Source: Thermostichus sp. DRC_bins_24 (GTDB lineage: Bacteria > Cyanobacteriota > Cyanobacteriia > Thermostichales > Thermostichaceae). From it: 64,000 bases of DNA. Below are positions 60,209 through 64,000 of the stretch, one piece after another (positions within the stretch are counted from its first letter, which is position 1; each line of letters opens with the position of its first letter). Both the position numbers and the translations under genes were made by a program. The DNA is taken from assembly GCA_039794845.1 (NCBI GenBank), contig JAUQVK010000006.1:11105-75104 (forward strand), in the 5' to 3' direction. The notes under the pieces were generated by a model. It ran no database searches. It was not told the origin of the DNA and saw only the letters and a program-made list of their open reading frames with translations.

Positions 60209-61081
60209 ATGCTGCCGCCTGCCTATTCTGCGCTGCCCAACCGTGCGCCTCTGAGTTTGCCCAATGGGGCGCGAGTGGCAGTTTATGTGGTGATGAATAT
60301 CGAACATTTCACCTTCGGCAAACTGGGCACGGCCATTCAACCCCACCTCACTAGCCCTCCCGAGATCGCCAATTATGGCTGGCGGGACTACGGCAATCGG
60401 GTCGGGATTTGGCGGCTGTTTGAGCTGTTTGCGGAGTTGGGGATCCCGGTCACTGCCGCTTTGAACGCCGAAATGGTGGAGCTTTACCCGCCGATCATCG
60501 AGGGGATCCGCCACTACCGGTGGTCGGTGATGGCCCATGGCTGGAACAACTCCACCGGCCACAGCGGCATGGCGCCGGAGGCAGAAGAAGCGCTGATCGA
60601 TCGCAGCCTCAAGCTTTTGGACCAAGTCACGGGATCCCGCCCTTGGGGTTGGCTGACACCGGGGTTTTCCGTTACCGAGAACACCTTTGCGCTGTTGCGG
60701 GCTGCCGGGATCCGCTACACCACCGACTGGGTGAACGACGACCAACCCTACTGGCTGGAAACCCCCGCCGGCCCCCTGCTGGGGATCCCCTATACCCTAG
60801 AAACCAACGACATCAGCCTTTGTCTCAGCGCCCGCCTGCCCGGAGAAGCCTTTGCCCAAGCCTTAATCGACCAATTTGACCAACTGTGGCAAGACGGGGA
60901 AACCGCACCGCGCATTATGGCCATCGGCCTGCACCCCTTTATCGTCGGGCAACCCCTGCGCATGGGATCCCTGAAAAAAGCCCTGCAACACATTCAATCC
61001 CGCCCCCACACTTGGCTCACTACTGGCGATGGCCTCTACGAGTGGTACACCCAAGTCTGCCCTGCCCCCGAGAGTGCTTGA
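60209..61081 (+). CDS. Polysaccharide deacetylase family protein (PuuE/allantoinase-like CE4)
   Basis: LPNGARVA, DYGNRVGIWRL, AHG, P.GW, DDQPY, PY..ETND, IGLHP...GQP.R. Confidence 0.88.
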   Translation: MLPPAYSALPNRAPLSLPNGARVAVYVVMNIEHFTFGKLGTAIQPHLTSPPEIANYGWRDYGNRVGIWRLFELFAELGIPVTAALNAEMVELYPPIIEGIRHYRWSVMAHGWNNSTGHSGMAPEAEEALIDRSLKLLDQVTGSRPWGWLTPGFSVTENTFALLRAAGIRYTTDWVNDDQPYWLETPAGPLLGIPYTLETNDISLCLSARLPGEAFAQALIDQFDQLWQDGETAPRIMAIGLHPFIVGQPLRMGSLKKALQHIQSRPHTWLTTGDGLYEWYTQVCPAPESA

Positions 61082-61180
61082 GCCAATGGAAGGTTCACCT
61101 CACAGTGACAAACATTACAGTTAAGATCATCTCTGTGTTCCCGGACACCTATCTCCCCCGCTTTAGCCCGTTTTTTGCCA

Positions 61181-62314
61181 ATGCTGAGCACCTCTCCTTG
61201 TAACTTGGATATTGCCGTTCCAGCCCCAGGCCGGCTGTATCGCGGACACGGTATTTTAGAATCCGTGCCCCTGACGGTGCTGGGATCCCGTGTATTGGTG
61301 ATCGGGGGAGAGCAATCTTTGGCGGTGGCGCAGCCGGCCTTGCAACGGAATTTCGCCCGTGACCCACTTCTGCACATTTGCTGGACAACCTATGGAGTGG
61401 ATTGCAGCGAGCCAGAGCTAGGGCGGCTACAAGCCCTGGGAACCACCGAGGCCATAACCGGCATTCTCGGGGTCGGCGGGGGCAAAGCCCTAGATACGGC
61501 CAAGTTGGTCGCCCATCGGCTGGGGATCCCGGTTGTGACGGTACCCACGTCTGCAGCCACCTGTGCCGCCTGGAGCGCGCTGTCCAATATCTATTCCGAT
61601 GCAGGGGCCTTTCAGCAGGATGTGGCTCTCGACCAAGCCCCCGCTGCCCTCATTCTCGACTACGACCTGATCCGACAAGCTCCACCGCGCACATTGGTGG
61701 CCGGGATCGGCGATGCCTTGGCCAAGTGGTACGAGTCTTCCGTCAGTAGTGGCGCTTCTGAAGATGCCCTGGTGATTGCAGCCGTGCAACAGGCCCGTGT
61801 TTTGCGAGATCTGCTGCTGCAGGGATCCCTGGCGGCCCTGCGGGAACCGGGTGGAGTGGCCTGGAAACAGGTGGTGGATGCCTGCATTTGCCTAGCAGGG
61901 ATCGTCGGTGGCATGGGAGGAGCCAAGTGTCGGACGGTGGCAGCCCACGCCGTTCACAATGGCCTCACCCATCTGCTGGGGCATCGCTCCACCCTGCACG
62001 GAGAAAAAGTTGCCTTCGGGATCCTGGCTCAGTTGCGCCTCGAAGAGATCCTACAGGGGAGTCAGTTGGCGCTAGCGGCCCGCACCCAGTTGATCGAGTT
62101 TTATCGGCAGGTGGGGTTACCCCTCAATTTGCGCGATCTCAACCTGGCGCATCTGGGATCCGCCGAGCTCTTACAAGCTGCACAAGTAGCCTGTCGAACC
62201 GGATCCGACATTCACCACCTGCCCTTCCCCGTCAGCCCAGAAGCCCTGCTCGTCGCCCTTACCACCACCGATTTGGCCAGTTCTAGCCCTGTCCTGCCCA
62301 TGCCCAGACGGTAG
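61181..62314 (+). CDS. Iron-containing alcohol/glycerol dehydrogenase family protein
   Basis: GVGGGKALDTAK, PTSAATCA, AGIGDALAKWYE, AHAVHNG, HGEKVA. Confidence 0.9.
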   Translation: MLSTSPCNLDIAVPAPGRLYRGHGILESVPLTVLGSRVLVIGGEQSLAVAQPALQRNFARDPLLHICWTTYGVDCSEPELGRLQALGTTEAITGILGVGGGKALDTAKLVAHRLGIPVVTVPTSAATCAAWSALSNIYSDAGAFQQDVALDQAPAALILDYDLIRQAPPRTLVAGIGDALAKWYESSVSSGASEDALVIAAVQQARVLRDLLLQGSLAALREPGGVAWKQVVDACICLAGIVGGMGGAKCRTVAAHAVHNGLTHLLGHRSTLHGEKVAFGILAQLRLEEILQGSQLALAARTQLIEFYRQVGLPLNLRDLNLAHLGSAELLQAAQVACRTGSDIHHLPFPVSPEALLVALTTTDLASSSPVLPMPRR

Positions 62315-62606
62315 AGGGGTACCTTTTGCCGCAACTCTTTCCTGAACCGCCCGTTATGCAACCTACCCCACCCGCTGTGAATTGTGGTCTCACCCACATA
62401 GTCACTCCAGACAAGAACAATACACTTTGCGTCTCCCGGAGTGGGAGAGGCGCTACGGCTAGTGCTACCCTGCGCGAAGGGGGTGAGGGATCTGCTTCAG
62501 CCTTAATTGCTAATTGCATTGCTAATTGCAATGACTATAACTCCCCCTCATGACTTGTTTAAGCATTGTTTAAAAATTTTCTGTTGTATTTCATGATTTC
62601 GCCATG

Positions 62607-63998
62607 TTAACTCTGTTCAAAAGATTGACTATTGAACTTGAGCGTTCGGCAATTTTCCATCACAGTACGCGCTACATCATCAGGTACTCCCTCGGGAATT
62701 TCAGCTTCAATCTCTAGAGTGATTTTGACTGTTGCGCCATTCAATGCGGTGAGATGTTGAACGACTTCGTTAGCGATCGCCGAAGTATCTCGGTTAATGC
62801 GCATCGCATCAATATCTACAGTTCCATAAAATCTCCGGAGGATAGGGGTAGGGGAGTGAGGAGTGAGGGGAGAGGAGTGAGGAGTGAGGGGAGAGGAGTG
62901 AGGAGTGAGGGAAACTGAGCGACTGCCTCCACTCTCTTTCCTCTCTTCTCCATTCTCTTTCCTCTCCTGCGCTACTTCTGGTTTAACCAGCAAGCTTTGG
63001 GGGCTAATGCTGGGGGTGATGCCGGTACCCGCCTGCAGGCCGAGATATTTTCCTTTGGCCTCATCAAACCCGTCGGCGTAGGCGAAGTTGTCGGCCCAGA
63101 CTGTTGAGGCAACGCCCGCTCGAACGGCTTCGAGCAGCACTTCCTGATTTTTCAAGCGCGGCAGATAGAGGTACTGGCTGAGATATTCCCAAAGCCGTTT
63201 GAGATCGATATGGTTACTGTCGCGCCAGAGATATTTATCGAGGGCTTCGAGGCGCAGGTTGGTGGCGGCGTAATGGGTTAACAGATCTCCTTCATGCACC
63301 GCTTTACGGCTGGCTTGCAGGATGGGGGAATCTTGCCCTTGCAGTCGGGTTTCTTTCCACTCAATGCTCCCCTGCGCATCGGGTTGTTCGGGAATCAGGA
63401 GCCATTGATAGGTGTCGCGTAGGATCGCATTCACATCTTGGTGGGACTGGTTGAGTTTGGTGGTAGCCTGGTTGCTCTGGAAGGCATCGAGGTTGAGGGT
63501 TTCTTTTTGCTCGACGATCGCTTTCCAGGCCAGATATTGGGCGGTATTGCGTTCTAGGTTTTCGAGTTTGGCTTTATCCGGCGCTAGGAAGAGGAGGGTA
63601 TTGCGGTAATAGCGAGGACCGCTGCCTTTGTGATTCAGGGCATTTTCGACCCATTGGCGGGCGGGGCTGTCGGTGGTGTTTCTGCTGTGGGGATGTTGGG
63701 GAGCAAGCACGACTAACCGGACGCCCAGGGTGGGATCATCGGGAATGTCGGCGGTGGAGTCGGGGGCAACATGAACGGCGCTGAATTCGCCTCGGTTTTT
63801 ATCGGCTTTGAGTCGTTTGATGATTTCTTGCCAGATGGGGTCGCGAGCGCGCAAAATCTGTTCGGCGCGTTCTTGGGCGGTGCGGTTGACGTTGGGTTGG
63901 GTGGAGATCCAGTAGCGGTTGCTGTCGATGTAGAGATAGGTGGCTTGATCGGTGAGGCGGCGCAGGGCATCGCCAAAGGTGGCGACGCTTTCTCCGGG
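62607..63998 (-). CDS. DUF499-family AAA+ ATPase, C-terminal part (5' end outside the window)
   Basis: Frame open to the window edge: PGESVATFGDALRRLTDQATYLY..RYW.STQP, PRYYRNTLLFLAPD, YLYLPRL, RRFYGTV, RTVMENCRTLKF. Confidence 0.82.
   Translation of the reverse strand, partial: PGESVATFGDALRRLTDQATYLYIDSNRYWISTQPNVNRTAQERAEQILRARDPIWQEIIKRLKADKNRGEFSAVHVAPDSTADIPDDPTLGVRLVVLAPQHPHSRNTTDSPARQWVENALNHKGSGPRYYRNTLLFLAPDKAKLENLERNTAQYLAWKAIVEQKETLNLDAFQSNQATTKLNQSHQDVNAILRDTYQWLLIPEQPDAQGSIEWKETRLQGQDSPILQASRKAVHEGDLLTHYAATNLRLEALDKYLWRDSNHIDLKRLWEYLSQYLYLPRLKNQEVLLEAVRAGVASTVWADNFAYADGFDEAKGKYLGLQAGTGITPSISPQSLLVKPEVAQERKENGEERKESGGSRSVSLTPHSSPLTPHSSPLTPHSPTPILRRFYGTVDIDAMRINRDTSAIANEVVQHLTALNGATVKITLEIEAEIPEGVPDDVARTVMENCRTLKFNSQSFEQS
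62843..62968. repeat. In-frame 21-bp low-complexity repeats inside the DUF499 gene
   Basis: GGAGTGAGGAGTGAGGGGAGA about 3x (62853-62911); CTCCA(C/T)TCTCTTTCCTCTC 2x (62927-62968). Confidence 0.9.
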
Positions 63999-64000
63999 TT

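Noticed and set aside
60021..60210. Known riboswitch (guanidine or xanthine type) upstream of the PuuE-like gene
   Set aside because: Consensus motifs not recognised; terminal inverted repeats and a second copy favour a MITE
61105..61118. NtcA-like site GTG-N8-TAC upstream of the dehydrogenase
   Set aside because: Imperfect match with no supporting promoter evidence
62843..62968. CRISPR array
   Set aside because: Contiguous low-complexity repeats without unique spacers, inside a CDS; no CRISPR array or cas gene seen in the window

Overview
Cyanobacterial chromosomal window. The very frequent palindrome GGGATCCC (instead of canonical HIP1 GCGATCGC) points to a hot-spring Thermostichus/Synechococcus OS-A/B'-like lineage; this is an inference. 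Most of it is housekeeping: rpe, topA, rpsA, obgE, prs, purM, rlpA, ssb, rpsF, acpP, fabF, pyrE, tRNA-Pro(CGG), psbY (too short for the ORF track), several ABC transporters, a Cu P1B-ATPase and two multi-sensor kinases. Highlights: (1) a compact cluster (2405-6845) of two V4R proteins, two phycobiliprotein-like globins, an extended 2Fe-2S ferredoxin and a divergent stand-alone phycobilisome-linker domain, resembling the poorly understood Synechocystis slr0144-slr0152 operon; (2) a ~156-bp MITE-like element with TA-bounded terminal inverted repeats, present twice (27306-27462, 60021-60176), each just upstream of a gene in the same relative orientation; (3) a decayed tRNA-Pro island with an integrase arm-domain minigene, an orphan gene frameshifted by an exact 14-bp tandem duplication, and a macrodomain gene; (4) a DXCF cyanobacteriochrome hybrid kinase; (5) the edge of a foreign DUF499-ATPase (probable defence) island; (6) many 10-27 bp tandem micro-duplications. 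Product calls rest on motif recognition only; no database searches were run.
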